DNA from: Octopus sinensis
Lineage: Eukaryota
DNA: 64,000 bases
Assembly: GCF_006345805.1 (NCBI RefSeq)
Contig: NC_042997.1
Span: 205,220,001-205,284,000 of the forward strand
Direction of reading: 5' to 3'
The position numbers and the translations under genes are program-made. The notes below the pieces were generated by a model. That model worked only from the letters and a program-made list of their open reading frames with translations, was not told where the DNA came from and did no database searches. The number at the start of each line of letters is the position of its first letter. The first letter of the stretch is position 1. Positions 41,483 through 56,721 of this stretch are shown one piece after another.

Positions 41483-42293
41483 AGTTAAATAATATTGTTA
41501 AATAAAAAACGTTACTTAGCTTGTCGATGAAAATATTATAACTGAATTTTAAACGTAAAAATGTAGGTCTTAGCGTTTATAAGAAATTAAACTCGTGAAG
41601 ACGTTGTGTAAAAAATAGAAAATTATCAATGAAAATGACGAAAAATATTTATTAATGAAAAAGACGAACACTAAATTCTACAATGATAGATTAAATATTG
41701 ATACCAATAATTATAATAAAGACCTAGATATAATTTATTGTACATGTAGGGATTAGACTACACGTAATTTTTTTAATAGTTGTAATTTAGATAATGTAGT
41801 CAATAAGTATATGTTAAATAGATTATTATTTAACAACAATTATGTGTTGATAATCTCTTGTAGATATAATTGAGTAGTATTAGTGTATAATTTAATATAT
41901 TATTATGTTATATTAATACATTTGTATAATTTTAAACTTAGATATTTCCTAATTTTATTAAGATCTATTAGTTAAAGTAATATAAATTAAATTAATATTA
42001 CACGTATATTTTACGTAATAATTATTTGGAACTTAATTTATAGAAAATAGTCATTTATAGTTCCTTTGTTATTCTATTTTTCTTTAATTCATTACTGAAA
42101 AATTTTTCGTCTTTTTCATTAATAAATATTGTTCATCATTTTCATTGATAATTTTTTTCCTTTTTTTACACAACGTCTTCACGAGTTTAATTTCTTATAA
42201 ACGCTAAGACCTACATTTTTACGTTTAAAATTCAGTTATATTATTTTCATCGACAAGCTAAGTACGTTATTTATTTAACAATATTATTTAACT
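41483..42293. mobile_element. AT-rich foldback element with ~180-bp inverted arms
   Basis: ~41483-41660 is the reverse complement of ~42105-42293 (e.g. gtcttagcgtttataagaaattaaactcgtgaagacgttgtgtaaaa). Confidence 0.75.
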
Positions 42294-43208
42294 ATTCTGC
42301 CAAATATATACGTTTTATTTACTATTTTTCACATTAATTAATCATTGTTATATATTGCCTCTTCTTTCTAGTTTATAAAAATTTGATGAATTTGGTGACT
42401 GAGGAGTCCGATCCAAATAAAGAAACGAAAATAAAATTTCAGAATCACCGTTAGATATAGCTGTCTGGTTAAGAATTCGATTTTCAATAATGTTGTTTTA
42501 CATTCGATTATAGTTCATGAGTCCTTGATCATTCTACCATTACTTAAGGACAACCCATGGCTTGTAAGGAAAATTGGGTACGCAGAATCTGTGCTGGAAA
42601 TATTCAAGGGTTTATTATTCATGGAATCTTCAACACGCGTGGCATAGTTTAGAATGCATTTACATTGAATGACGACGATATGGAATCAAAGACTATACAC
42701 ATCTCCGAATAATTTTAATGGAGCTTATAAAACCTTTGTAGCATTTATGAGTTCATCCGCCTGCCTTCTTCTACTCAATAAGAAACAACTTTCTTTTAAT
42801 TACACACATTATCTAGATTCCTGCATGTACGGTCTCAGTTCAGATATGATCAGGGTAAGATTCATCTCAAGTTATACACATTTTGATACAATAATTTACA
42901 TTCCTAAATTCGAGTCATAAAAAATCTCTTATTTCTTGCAGCCAGGAAATTCACAAAAATTCATTCGAGTTCAAATTAGGAAATATTACAACTAAAATAG
43001 GAACTTGCAAAGCACAAAATACAATATGACCTCTGCTCCGCTGGCCACAACATTTGTCATTCTAGTCAATAAATAATAAAATAGATTTACATTCATTTTT
43101 ACGTAAATACTCTTTATTTCAAATATTTACAAAATAACGAAACTAAACTGAATCTTCAATATTTTATGACTTTTATCTATCTTATTTTTCTCTTACAGAA
43201 AACGAAAT

Positions 43209-45410
43209 ATGGCTGCCATGCAGATGACGATAACAACAAGCAGTTCACTTTTCTTTGTGATTACTTTTATTGTCGTTCTAATATCACTAAACATAGAAGC
43301 GAAGGAACTTGGAAATAACTGTGAAATTAAGATTTCTCCTAATATCCATAAGATTTTATCTCGTTTAGTAAGATCAGACAAAAAGGTTTTCAATTTTGAT
43401 GTCCATTTATCCGATAAAAAACTTGATGACCTTCTGAAACCCGTACGACTGGATTATTTCGCAAACGCGAGACAATTTACCTGGATTCCAGACGAACCAG
43501 ATGGTTTGATGGCATATAAGGATTTCTATTATGATTTTTCAATGCACTCTTTGAATTTATTAGGAGCTTACATTGCTACTCCAAGGGTTGATATCGATAT
43601 AAATTGTGGGAAAGAAAATATTCAGAGATATGATTTAATACATTTGATTTTCCAGGAATTGAAGAAAATCGCAGTGATCGATACATTAAAAATAGGAGAA
43701 TCTGGTTACATGTGTTTTCTAATAAATTTATCTCAGGACATGAAGAAGAACAGCCCTGAGTCATTAAAAGCTAATAGAAGAATCGGTTTAAATAGAGAGT
43801 TGGTGAAGAACTATTGCTGTAAACTCAATAAAAATGAAAGCTTTGCTTATTACCCAAAATCAATTTGTTCTGGAAATATCATGGAAAATAGGATGTTTCT
43901 CAATTATGCAAATATCGTCGGAGCAGTTGTACGGGCATATTCTCCCTTAATTATTAGTGTCCTTTCACAAACGAAATCACCTTCATTTTCCCGCCAAAAC
44001 ACATTGCCATACAAATTAGAATGGATGGATCAACGAAAACCATAATACTCACAATTTCCCTCATTTTCTGTCTTGGTTAGTTTGTTTCCATAATTCCACT
44101 TTCTTGGCCTCAAGACTGAGATTATTCCTTTCTATTCTATTTTCTCTTTCAGTTATTTTCCTGGATCTTTTTATACATTAATTCTTTTTATATGAAACAA
44201 TAGCAATACTTTTCCAAGATGATATACCGTTGGGACATCGCGCCTTAATATTAGGAATACCAGAAAGTTATGAGAATACAGATGGCTTTTTTGGGGGGTC
44301 CCTTTGTATGTTTAATCTTTTACGTATCTTCCAACTTTATCCTCTTCGTTCTTCCCGGTCGTTTAAGTGAGACTATCGCTTATGATACATTACATCGAAG
44401 TTCACTTGCACATTTATCATTCAAAATATCAGATTATTAGAGAAGTATGGCAGTTTAAATGTTTCTACACAACAGGATTATGATCTACTCTATGCAATAA
44501 TGAAAGCTAATATTTCTACTGCTTTAAACCCAAATTTCTGGTATTTACTAATTTACACTTGGATTAATCGCATAAAGAAAATTTGGTTATGTTACTCCAG
44601 GAGAAATATTTTCTGGAAATTCATTAAACTTTGGCTCTTTGTTTCCATTACAATTTTATTTGCTGTATTTTCTGTCTGTGAATTATTTCTGTGCCTCGTT
44701 TATTATGGAATGCCAATTGTTTATTTGATTTCAACTTTACCTTTCAGCTATTCCAAAGTTTATATTTTCCAAATCTATAGGAATAATAACCATATTTTCG
44801 AGATTGCTGCTGTACTTTTTTACTATTCTATCGTTTCCATTTTATATATTGTGGGCTCTTTATTCAATCTATATATTTCTTACAAGTTTCCAAATTCTTT
44901 ACGGTACCCGTTACGGTTCTTGCTAAACCTAATAATGTCGGGGACGTATGGTTTGTTGCCATGTTTTTCGTGTATACCGTTGCAATTGTGAAAGCCATTA
45001 TAAAGCAGTACCGATCAGTTATAGTTCAGCGTATAAAACTCACCAAAACCGTTTGTCCAAGATTTGTTCAGGTAAAATATGGAGAGGTATTCATAAATGC
45101 CAATTTGTTCAAGACAATTGTTAACCATCATTTTCCATTGAGATACGAGATTGGTAAATCCATTATAAAACTGTTTCTAATCGTATCTTTTTTCTTTGCT
45201 TGCAACAATATAATAAGTCGAGAAGACTTGGACTTATCAGCGTTCACAAGGTTTACTTTGATATTGATGACGTCTATGATACCTAAATTTTTGGCAATAA
45301 TTAATTCTAAATTGAGTTTTTTTACATCCATGACACATACAATTATCGAAACAATAAGTACATTTGAAGATGGCAATGCATCACATTCCAGTTTATCAAT
45401 TTCTTATTAA
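43209..45410 (+). pseudogene. Copy 4: full-length but disrupted paralogue, closest to copy 3
   Basis: First ~270 codons nearly identical to copy 3. Lesions: 4-bp TGGA duplication (~44022-44029), TAC>TAA at 44179-44181, 1-nt deletion near 44400, and a further deletion near 44890-44915. Confidence 0.9.
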
Positions 45411-46589
45411 ATAAAAATGCTTTGAAATTTTCAGAAGGTATTTTTTGTTCTCTAAATACGTTGTATAATTCGAATAAAAGAAATCTGTATTGACGTATGT
45501 AGAAATCACAGAATCACGTACACTTACAATATCCCATTATATACATACATGCATACATACATACATACATACATAAACACAGACAGATAGACAGACAAAC
45601 AGACAAGCAAACATGTAGGCAGACATGTACACACATATACATAAATGTAAATTAAATGTGTATGTATATGTGTGTATGTGTGTGTATGTGTGTGTATGTG
45701 TGTGTATGAGTGTGTATGAGTGTGTGTCCGTGTAATTTGCGACGTTGCATGTGTGTGCGGATGTAACTCCTAAACACGCGCACGCACATGTATAGGAGTT
45801 AAAAGTTTTTATCTGAGGCCGTATATTCGTTTCTACTCTAGGCACAAGGCCTGAAATTTTGTTGCAGATGGCACGTCGATTAGATCGACCTCAGTACGCA
45901 ACTGGTACTTAATTAATCGACCTCGAAAGGATGAAAGGTAAAGTCGACCTCGGCGGAATTTGAACTCAGAACATAAAGACAGACGAAATACCCATTTCTT
46001 TACTACCCACAAGGGGCTAAACACAGAGGGGACAAACAAGGACAGACAAACAGATTAAGTCGATTATATTGACCCCAGTGCGTAAGTGGTACTTATTTAA
46101 TGAACCCCGAAAGGATGAACGGCAAAGTCGACCTCGGCGGGATTTGAACTCAGAACTTAGCAGCAGACAAAATACCGCAAGGCATTTCGCCCGGTGTGCT
46201 AACATTTCTGCCAGCTCGCCGCCTTTTCTGAAGCCGTATATTGAAAGAAAGACGATTGCAGTGTGAAGAGAATTTAGATATAGCAAAACACAAAAACTGT
46301 TTAACTTCACTTAAATCATAATTATTAACGACAGAAGCAGTATTAGTACCAAAAAACAATCTTTATATCCAACTTAACGTGGATGATTTGTTAGAACACC
46401 CAATACTGAATTATATACCTTGAGAGGACTTCTCATATTGACACATGGGGCGCACATATTCACGTCGTTCGCAAAAGAGAATCGTCTGATACGTTCGGGT
46501 AGATGTAAACATTGCCTTCTGGTACTAATAATACTTTTGTCGTTAATAATTATTCTTTCACAAGCCTACTGGCTATTTGCGACATCAGT

Positions 46590-47683
46590 GCCTAAGACGT
46601 CACTGAAATACAACATATCGGTTGGTATGCGGCTACCGGACGAACTAAACAGCTTGGACAGAAAGGCAAGGAAGTTGTTGACGAGATATGGGATACTCTA
46701 CCCAGAAAGTGGTACAGACAGACTTAATGTAGTAAGAAAAAGAGGGGGACGTAAGAAGGCTAGGCTTGTGTAGGATGAAAGATTGCAAAGATAAAGCACT
46801 ATACAAGAAATCTAAAATGAATGAAACTGAAAATAGGTGGATAAAGAAAAGAATGAATGGACAATTTCATAGACATATTGAAAATAAGACAGACAGAGAA
46901 AAAAGATGGCTATGGATGACTAAAAGTGATTTAAAACCGAGAACAGAGACTCTAATCTGTGCTGCCTAAGAGCAAGCATTAAGAACCAATTACATCAAAT
47001 ACAGAATAGACAACACTGCAGAAAGTGATAAGTACAGAGTTTGTAGACAAAATGGTGAAACCGTATGGCGTATTACCAGTCAAAGTGCGCCAGTAACCCA
47101 GAAAGAATATAAGAGAATTCATGAAAATAGAGCAAAGATTGTCCATTGGACACTTTGCAACAAGTATAAACTCATCAAAGTAAAACAGTGGTATAAACAT
47201 AAACCCGAAATCATCATCGAAAATGATAATGCAAAGATCCAGTGGGATTTTATGATTGAGTGCGACAATGAGATAGAGGATAGGAAACCAGAAATAGTCT
47301 TAATTGAGAAAGAAAGGAAACGATGCTGGATCATAAATATAGCGTGCCCAGCTGACAAGAAGTTATGCGATAAAGAAGAAAGAAAAGTCGATAGATGTAA
47401 CAGGTCAGCTTGGGAGGTTAAGCTGTTGTGGTCGATGAAAAAGGTGGTAGTAGTACCAATAATTGTTGGAACCCTGGGAAAAGTGAGTAAAAATCTTGAG
47501 AAATATATGAAACAAATCGGGCTGCAATAAGGGCGGAGCACTTGTAGAAAACAGCACTGCTTGGAACCGATCGAATATTCCGGATGGTGCTCAAAAAATA
47601 AGGGGTGTTACCTTAGTTCAGTGGTAGTGGACAGCTGACACCGTAGTACATCTCCAGCATTAGAAGCTGTGCAAAGACAACAA
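46590..47683 (+). mobile_element. Decayed R4/Dong-clade LINE 3' half
   Basis: DELNSLDRKARKLL, KSDLKPRTETLICAA, WDFMIECDNEIEDRKPEIV and VVPIIVGTLG. Followed by (AAT)n. Confidence 0.8.
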
Positions 47684-47724
<41 letters not shown>

Positions 47725-47949
47725 TAATGGTGATGATGATGATGATGATGATGACGATGACGATGACGATGGTGGTGGTGGTGGTGGTGGTGATGGTGAT
47801 GATGATGATGATGAGGAGGAGGAGGAGAAGAAGAAGAAGAAGAAGAAGAAGAAGAAGAAGAAGAAGAAGAAGGAGAAGAAGAAGAAGAAGAAGAAGAAGA
47901 AGGAGAAGAAGAAGAAGAAGAAGAAGAAGAAGAAGAAGAAGAAGAAGAA
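47684..47949. repeat. Compound trinucleotide tract AAT-GAT-GAC-GGT-GAT-GAG-AAG
   Basis: Directly visible. Confidence 0.95.
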
Positions 47950-48108
47950 TAGGCCAAACATTGTATGGATAGACTTCAGTTTAAAATCATGCCTCCTCTT
48001 TGATATGATTGTCTCAATCGACATAAACGTATCTGTCAAGACCTACCAACAACTCAGCAAGTATAAAGATCTTGAAACAGAAACTGGCAAAATGTGGAAC
48101 CTCAAGAT
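47950..48108 (+). mobile_element. Short R4/Dong endonuclease-region fragment
   Basis: RPNIVWID...LSKYKDLETETGKMWNLK. Shares near-identical sequence with ~49785-49846. Confidence 0.75.
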
Positions 48109-48269
48109 ATTATCACAAACGACACATGAACTTGTCGAAAGCCTAGGTAGATTATAAAAATGCTTTTGATATTCTACAACATAGATGGATTAAGAAATGA
48201 CTGGAAATGTATAAAATAGCACCGACTCTGCAAAACCTCTTGTCTGTAAGTATGAGATCATAGAGAATA

Positions 48270-50142
48270 ACACTGACTTTGAACAGTGACAATGAATTTG
48301 TCAATGCTGGAGTTGTAAGAATTTCATGTGGCATTTTCCAGGGTTACTCACTATCACCACTCCTCTTGTGTCTAGCCTTAATACCTCTCTCTAAATTGCT
48401 CAATGATGTACAATATGGATATAAAATGTTTGATAAAAATATAAATCATCTCTTTTACATGGTTGATTTAAAGTTCTTTTGAAAAACTTACTAACAACTA
48501 CAAGGTTTACTAGCAATTGTTAAACAATTCAGTGATGACGTCAGGATTCAATTTGGCTTCGATAGATGTGCAAAAGCTACTTTTATGAAAGGCAAAATGA
48601 CAGAAACATCCAACGTTAATCTTCACCAGCAGAATATCATAAAGGAGTTAGAGTCAGCGGAGAGCTAAAAATACTTAGTGATATTTAAAGTGATGGAATA
48701 AAACATTCAATGATGAGGGAAATGAACAGAAGAGAATGTTATCGCCGGGTAAAAGCAATACTCAAGACAGAGCTGAATGCAAGAAACAGGATCAAAGCGA
48801 TCAATACTTTAGCCATACCGGTCGTGACTTATAGTTTCAATATCATTAACTGGTCAATCACTGAAATCTGTAATCTTGACAGAAAAATCTGAAAATTGTT
48901 GACAATGCATAGAATGCACCACACTAAGGAAGATATAGACCAACTTTAGCTGCCAAAAAAGAAAGATGCCGTGGACTTTTACAGCTGGAATTAGCAATGA
49001 AAATTGCCACAATTGGCCTCAACACCTACCTGGAAACTCTGATGACTGGATGTTAAAACTTGTCTTAAAGCATAAAAACAAGAAAGCATCATACTGAGTA
49101 ACAAAACAGGCAAAGGATTGTCGAAGTGAATTCCTAGTACAACAAATCCCAGAAACAAGCACAGAAAAAGCTAAGCGTATGAAGACCCGCGCTAAAACTG
49201 CTTTCTTAGATATTCTTACGGATAAATGGCCTCTCAGTGGTAAATACCACAAGGGAGCTAATAATGCCAGTATTGACAAAGCCATTACTCATGAATGGTT
49301 AGTGTCTTCTGGCTTAAAATCAGAAACAGAAGGCTTTATCATAGCAGCCCAAGATCAATGTCTACCTGAAAGGAACTACCAGGCCAACATATTAAAGAAT
49401 AGCAGTAGCCCAACATGTCGTGTATGTAAACAACAAAATGAAACCATTGATCTATGTCCTGTCTTCTTGCGCCTACAGAGTATCCCAACAGGCATAATAG
49501 AGCAGCACAGTATATTCACTGGGTAATTTTCAAAACCTGGACCTGCCCCAGGATAAAAACTGGTGGGAACACAAACCACCTCCAACACTTGAAAATGACC
49601 ACATCTCACTCCTCAGGAAAGTCACCGTTCAAACTGACAGAAAGATAGATGCGAATAGGCCAGACATCATATTGAAAGACGTCAGACAGAAAATCATGTT
49701 CGGCAATAAACTCACGCGTAGTCACAGTAGTTCTGTATGGCGCAGGAATCATGTTCCAATCGACATATAGGTATGTCATGGCTTACCAGCAACTCAGCAA
49801 GTATAAAGATCTTGAAACAGAAACTGGCAAAATGTGGAACCTCAAGACTAAAACAATACCTGTTGACATAGGTGTCCTAGAAATGATAGCATAATGGGCT
49901 GATTCCTACATAGCTCTGATATCAGGAAACCCCAAAATAGCAGAAATTCAAATAATAGAGCCCATCTCAAATGTTAAAACAAACTCATAATTTTCTTATG
50001 TTTTCTTAAACATTCTCTAGAACAATACTTTGTGCAAAACCAAATATGTGACACCCTAAGCATAATACTTCAAACTTGTCTCTTGAAATCTCTGGATGAG
50101 ACTTGGAGTCAACTTGTACAAATACAAAGCAAAAGTCAAACA
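48270..50142 (+). mobile_element. Decayed R4/Dong-clade LINE (RT to 3' end)
   Basis: GIFQGYSLSPLL, HLFYMVDLK, LKSETEGFIIAAQDQ, CRVCKQQNETIDL and ANRPDI. Ends in (AAT)n 50143-50259. Confidence 0.85.
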
Positions 50143-50176
50143 TATAATAATAACAATAATAATAATAATAACAATG

Positions 50177-51703
<1,527 letters not shown>

Positions 51704-52375
51704 GCCAATAAACCAGATATTGTTGAGAGCCAATAAACCAGATATTGTTGTGAGCCAATAAACCAGATATTGTTGTGAGCCAATAAACCAGATATTGTTG
51801 TGAGCCAATAAACCAGATATTGTTGTGAGCCAATAAACCAGATATTGTTGTGAGCCAATAAACCAGATATTGTTGTGAGCCAATAAACCAGATATTGTTG
51901 TGAAAGACCAAAACAATAAAGTTTGCTTATTGATCGACATGAGCATCCCCTGTGATCATAATATCTCAGCGAAAGAGTTTGACAAGCTCAGAAAATATAA
52001 AGACCTACTCATTGAAATTGAGAAAATGTGGCATCTCAAGGCGGTTACAATACCAGTGATCGTAGGAGCACTAGGAATGATCAAGAAGGGAACCGAAAAT
52101 TATATGAGAATGATCCCTGGCTTACGATCCCTGCAAGAAGTGCAAAAGATTGTCTTAACTGGTACATCACACGTATTGAGAAGAGCATTGTCGATGTGAG
52201 AACTGTTGCTGCTCATGTATTATAATTTAACTTAAAAAAAAATTTTTTAAATGAACGAACTATTGAGTTTGGTTTAATGGCCTACCAATGTATACTATGA
52301 GTTTCTTTGCCCTAGGAGTCGGGAAGACACTCGGCAAGAAATGGAAGCAAATTTGAAAGAAGAAGAAAAAAAAAA
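51704..52375 (+). mobile_element. 5'-truncated Dong-like LINE of a second subfamily whose first 25 nt are tandemly repeated 8 times
   Basis: ANKPDIVV x8, then KDQNNKVCLLIDMSIPCD...RRALSM*. Preceded by (TAA)n 51603-51703 and followed by (TAA)n ~52376-52433. Confidence 0.85.
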
Positions 52376-52386
52376 TAATAATAATA

Positions 52387-52433
<47 letters not shown>

Positions 52434-52809
52434 CGCTTCGTAGATAAGATATAAAAAATATCTATAAACATCTCAAAGTTTTAGTAATCATAGAAAGTGA
52501 TAGAAAAGGCGTACACATTTTGGGGGAGAGCTGTTAAATTGCCGTCCTGTCGTATTTCGTAAATTTATATATCTTAGTTATGCTAGGTTCTCCCCAAAAT
52601 TTAGATTTCTATACATAAATTCGTCCCCCCCCACGCTAGAATTTTGGCTAGCTTAGCTGCCTGCTGCCCCTTCGTCTCCTCTCTCTCGCCTTTACCTTTC
52701 CACAGATCATAACCCAACTTTGTTTTCTGTAGTATTTCACTCAAGGGAATATCAGTGGGGGTGGGGACACTGTTCTCCTGGAAGATTCTTCTCCTGATTT
52801 TCACCTCTT

Positions 52810-53901
52810 CGATGATATAAAGATGTAGTTCAGACTATCAAAATGTGCTGCGATGGCGATGAGACGAGGAAGGCTTGCCAGAACAGAAGGCATATGGCTA
52901 CCAAGTGGTGAAACGATGAACGCAGTTCAACCTCAGTCCAACTATAAATACCCGAGAATACTTGATGCGGATGGACTCAAATACCACGACATGAAGGAAA
53001 AGACAAAAAGAGAGTACATGCGGTGAGTGAGAAAACTATTGGCCTCAAAACTGCACACCAGAAACATAACTTCGGCAATAAACTCACGCGTAGTCACAGT
53101 AGTTCGGTATGGCGCTGGAATCCTGAAGTGGACACAGGAGGAGCTAAAGGAGATGGACAGGAAGTCAAGAAAACTCCTGGCGATTTATGAAGCCCATCAT
53201 CAACGTGCAGACATTGATCGTCTATACATGAAGAGAGCAAATGGAGGAAAGGGACTGATAGTTATGGAAGACTGCGTACGTATCGAACTCGAGAGCTTAA
53301 TGAGATATTAAGCCCAAAGTACGGAAACCTTCATAGCGACAGTTAGGAACGAGTGAGTATTGATGGCAGTGAGAAATGGGAAAACAAAGGAAGAAGTACA
53401 AAAAGGGACATGAGGAAGAATAACGCAAGAAGGGACTACACAATCAATTCCATGTAGCCAGAACAGAAGTTGCTGGGAAAGGGAGGTAGGATTGGTTGAT
53501 GAAAGGAACCCCAAAAAACGAGACCGGCAGCACAAGACCAAGCTTTGGCCACGAACTGGAGGGTCAACCTTAGGAATGAACAAGTGTCTCCGTTGTGCCG
53601 AATCTGCAATAGAGAAGGAATGCTTAAGATTTGACCACAAACCACTAGAAGTCGTGGCGATACTACCAGGTAGCGAAAGTGCTACATTGGAAAGTGTGCG
53701 AAAAGTGGGGGCTAGAGAGAGGAAAGACGTGGTATGAGCACAAACCGCAGGGAGTGGCGGAGACGGAGACTAGCAAAACCCTATGGGATTTCCCAATCCA
53801 AACAGATCAGGCACTACTGCATAATAGACCGGGACCTAGTGGTGGTAGACAAGGTGCTCCACATATGCTGTAGTCACGAATAGTCAATAAGGAAGGTGAA
53901 C

Positions 53902-53974
<73 letters not shown>

Positions 53975-54028
53975 TAGATAGATAGATAGCTAGATAGATA
54001 GATAGATGGATAGATAGATAGATAGATG

Positions 54029-54098
<70 letters not shown>

Positions 54099-54340
54099 AT
54101 CATGTCTTGTAAGTACGAAATAGCTCGGCCTTGGAAAATGAAGATGGTGAAGATAGTGCCAATTATTGTTGGTTCCTTGGGAACAGTATCAGAAGGCATT
54201 AAGATGAATATAAAGGAAATTGGAATAGAGTGTCCAGTAGAACTGTTACAAAACGTTTGCCTCCTTGGCATGACCAGAATAATCAGGAAAATTATTAGCT
54301 GAAAAGAACGAATAGCATGGTAGCGTAGGTTGCAGGTAAT
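52810..54340 (+). mobile_element. Decayed R4-clade LINE interrupted by a (GATA)n tract
   Basis: AINSRVVTVVRYGAGILKWTQEELKEMDRK, DIDRLYMKRANGGKGL, LHWKVC...WYEHKP...WDFPIQTD and VPIIVGSLG. (TAGA)n at ~53903-54098. Confidence 0.8.
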
Positions 54341-55353
54341 AAGGCTGCTACGCATGCAAGACTCCAACAAAACCTGTGACAATGAGCAAATAATAATGAT
54401 AATACCAATAGGGAGCAAACAAATTTGTAGCCTTAATTCCTGGAATCCTAAAGTAAGCGAATCACAAATGACCATACACATAGTGACCTCATATATATTA
54501 CGTAAATTCCTCTCGATGTTATTGCAGTAGTATTCATTCGGCTGTATTATGAAATTTATAAAAGTAAATTTTAGGTATATTTATTTATAACACACGGACA
54601 TCAATTTGTTTACAACTGCAAATTCGGCTTTAGGTGAGGTTATATTTTCACATAATTATGTCAGCAAATATTACACGATTTACTAGAAATAATTATGCGA
54701 TTATCAGAAATAGCAACATCAGTCAACACTTTAATCATTTTAATTACATCAGCAATCATGGGAATGCATCAATTAGGAAATTACGAAAACTGGAACTTAT
54801 ATAGGGTACAAGATAAAAATTTGTGTTAAATGGATACAAAATATTTCTAAATACAGAAAATTAATAATAATCCTTTCTACTGGAAGTACAAGGCTTCAAA
54901 TTAGTACCAGTGCGTAACTGGTACTAATTTTATCATGCCCGAAAGGATGAAAGGCAAAGTCAACCTCGGTGGAATGTGAACTCAGAACGTAACAGTAGAT
55001 GAAATAGCGCTAAGCATTTTGCCCGGCGTGCTAACGATTCTGCTAGCTCGCCGCCTTAATAATACAAGTAATTATTAATAATAATGATAATAATAATAAT
55101 AATAATTAGTTAACGATAAGCATCCTTGTCCCAAAACATTCTGATTCCTGGTTCATTTCACATTCTGATTCCTGCTTCTCACATATACCAAAGTCAGTGT
55201 CCAATGTAACTTTTCATCTTATAAAAGCTTATGTCGATCCCGGTTCAACTGCGCAGAGTGTTACATTTTATAAATCTACTAATCTGAATATTTCAAGGTA
55301 AAATTACCTTTTCGCACTATCCATTGCTTTCACTCTCCGCTTCATTAGCACCC

Positions 55354-55400
<47 letters not shown>

Positions 55401-55419
55401 GTCTCTGTCTGTCTCTCTG

Positions 55420-55507
<88 letters not shown>

Positions 55508-55736
55508 GAGACAAAATCAGCTTTTATCAATTAAAAATGAACAATTAAATTACACCATCTCGAAAATTACATATAATATATGTAATTTTCTAGATGATGT
55601 AATTTGATTGTTAATTTTTTATTTTGAATTGATAAAAGGTGTTTTGTTTTCTAATTTATATATATATTTTGTGAAATTTGATTTAGTATTTCTAAATTGA
55701 GTTTTTCCCTGTAAGTTAGGAATAATATTCCCTCAA

Positions 55737-55854
<118 letters not shown>

Positions 55855-56148
55855 AGAAGGTATTGTTGTTCGCTTGAAGCATTGTATATTGTTTGTAAAA
55901 TATAATGTGCCTTGAATGGCACCACAATGCACTATACTAACAACGTTACAATTTAATCATTCATAGTCTGATATAATATTTTGGACTATCAAAATTCCTT
56001 GGGATTAGCAGTGACTCAAAGAATTCCTACGGATAACTGAAGAAGGAATTTCTATATTCCGAAATATCATTTCAGACTATGGATGATTGATTTATAGCAG
56101 TTGTTATAGTCCATTGTTGTTATTATGGTGTTGTGTCATTCAAGACAG

Positions 56149-56227
<79 letters not shown>

Positions 56228-56297
56228 GTATATGTGTATATAATATATATATATGTATGTATGTGTGTATGCATGTATGTATATATATATATATATG

Positions 56298-56343
<46 letters not shown>

Positions 56344-56353
56344 TGCATGTATG

Positions 56354-56387
<34 letters not shown>

Positions 56388-56721
56388 TGTATGTATGTAT
56401 ATAAAGGAATATCAAAAGTGGGACAAGGACGCAAAACATCGAGACAGATGATACGAAAAAGAGACAAGAATAAAAGGACGGGTCATCTCAAGTGACATAC
56501 CATGCGTAAGAAAATACCATAATTAATACCATAATTAATAATTAAGAATGCTACAAGTATCACCAGCACGCTAGAAATGGCAGTCAGAAGACAACTATAA
56601 CCACAAAACAATTATTTCGTTATTGGGACGGCGACTCATTACCCCGATTTCAATTAATATTTGTCAGAGAAATTTTTTGGTTGTAGTCGTATTGCTCTTG
56701 GCACTCTTAATTATTCTTTTC

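Noticed and set aside
47608-48157. Poly-N/D/G/E/K, poly-S/H and poly-R ORFs
   Set aside because: Compound trinucleotide repeat that is open in several frames, with no splice or homology support.
51704-51903. CRISPR-like array of 25-bp direct repeats
   Set aside because: There are no spacers and no cas genes, the context is eukaryotic, and the unit is the LINE's own ANKPDIVV coding sequence.
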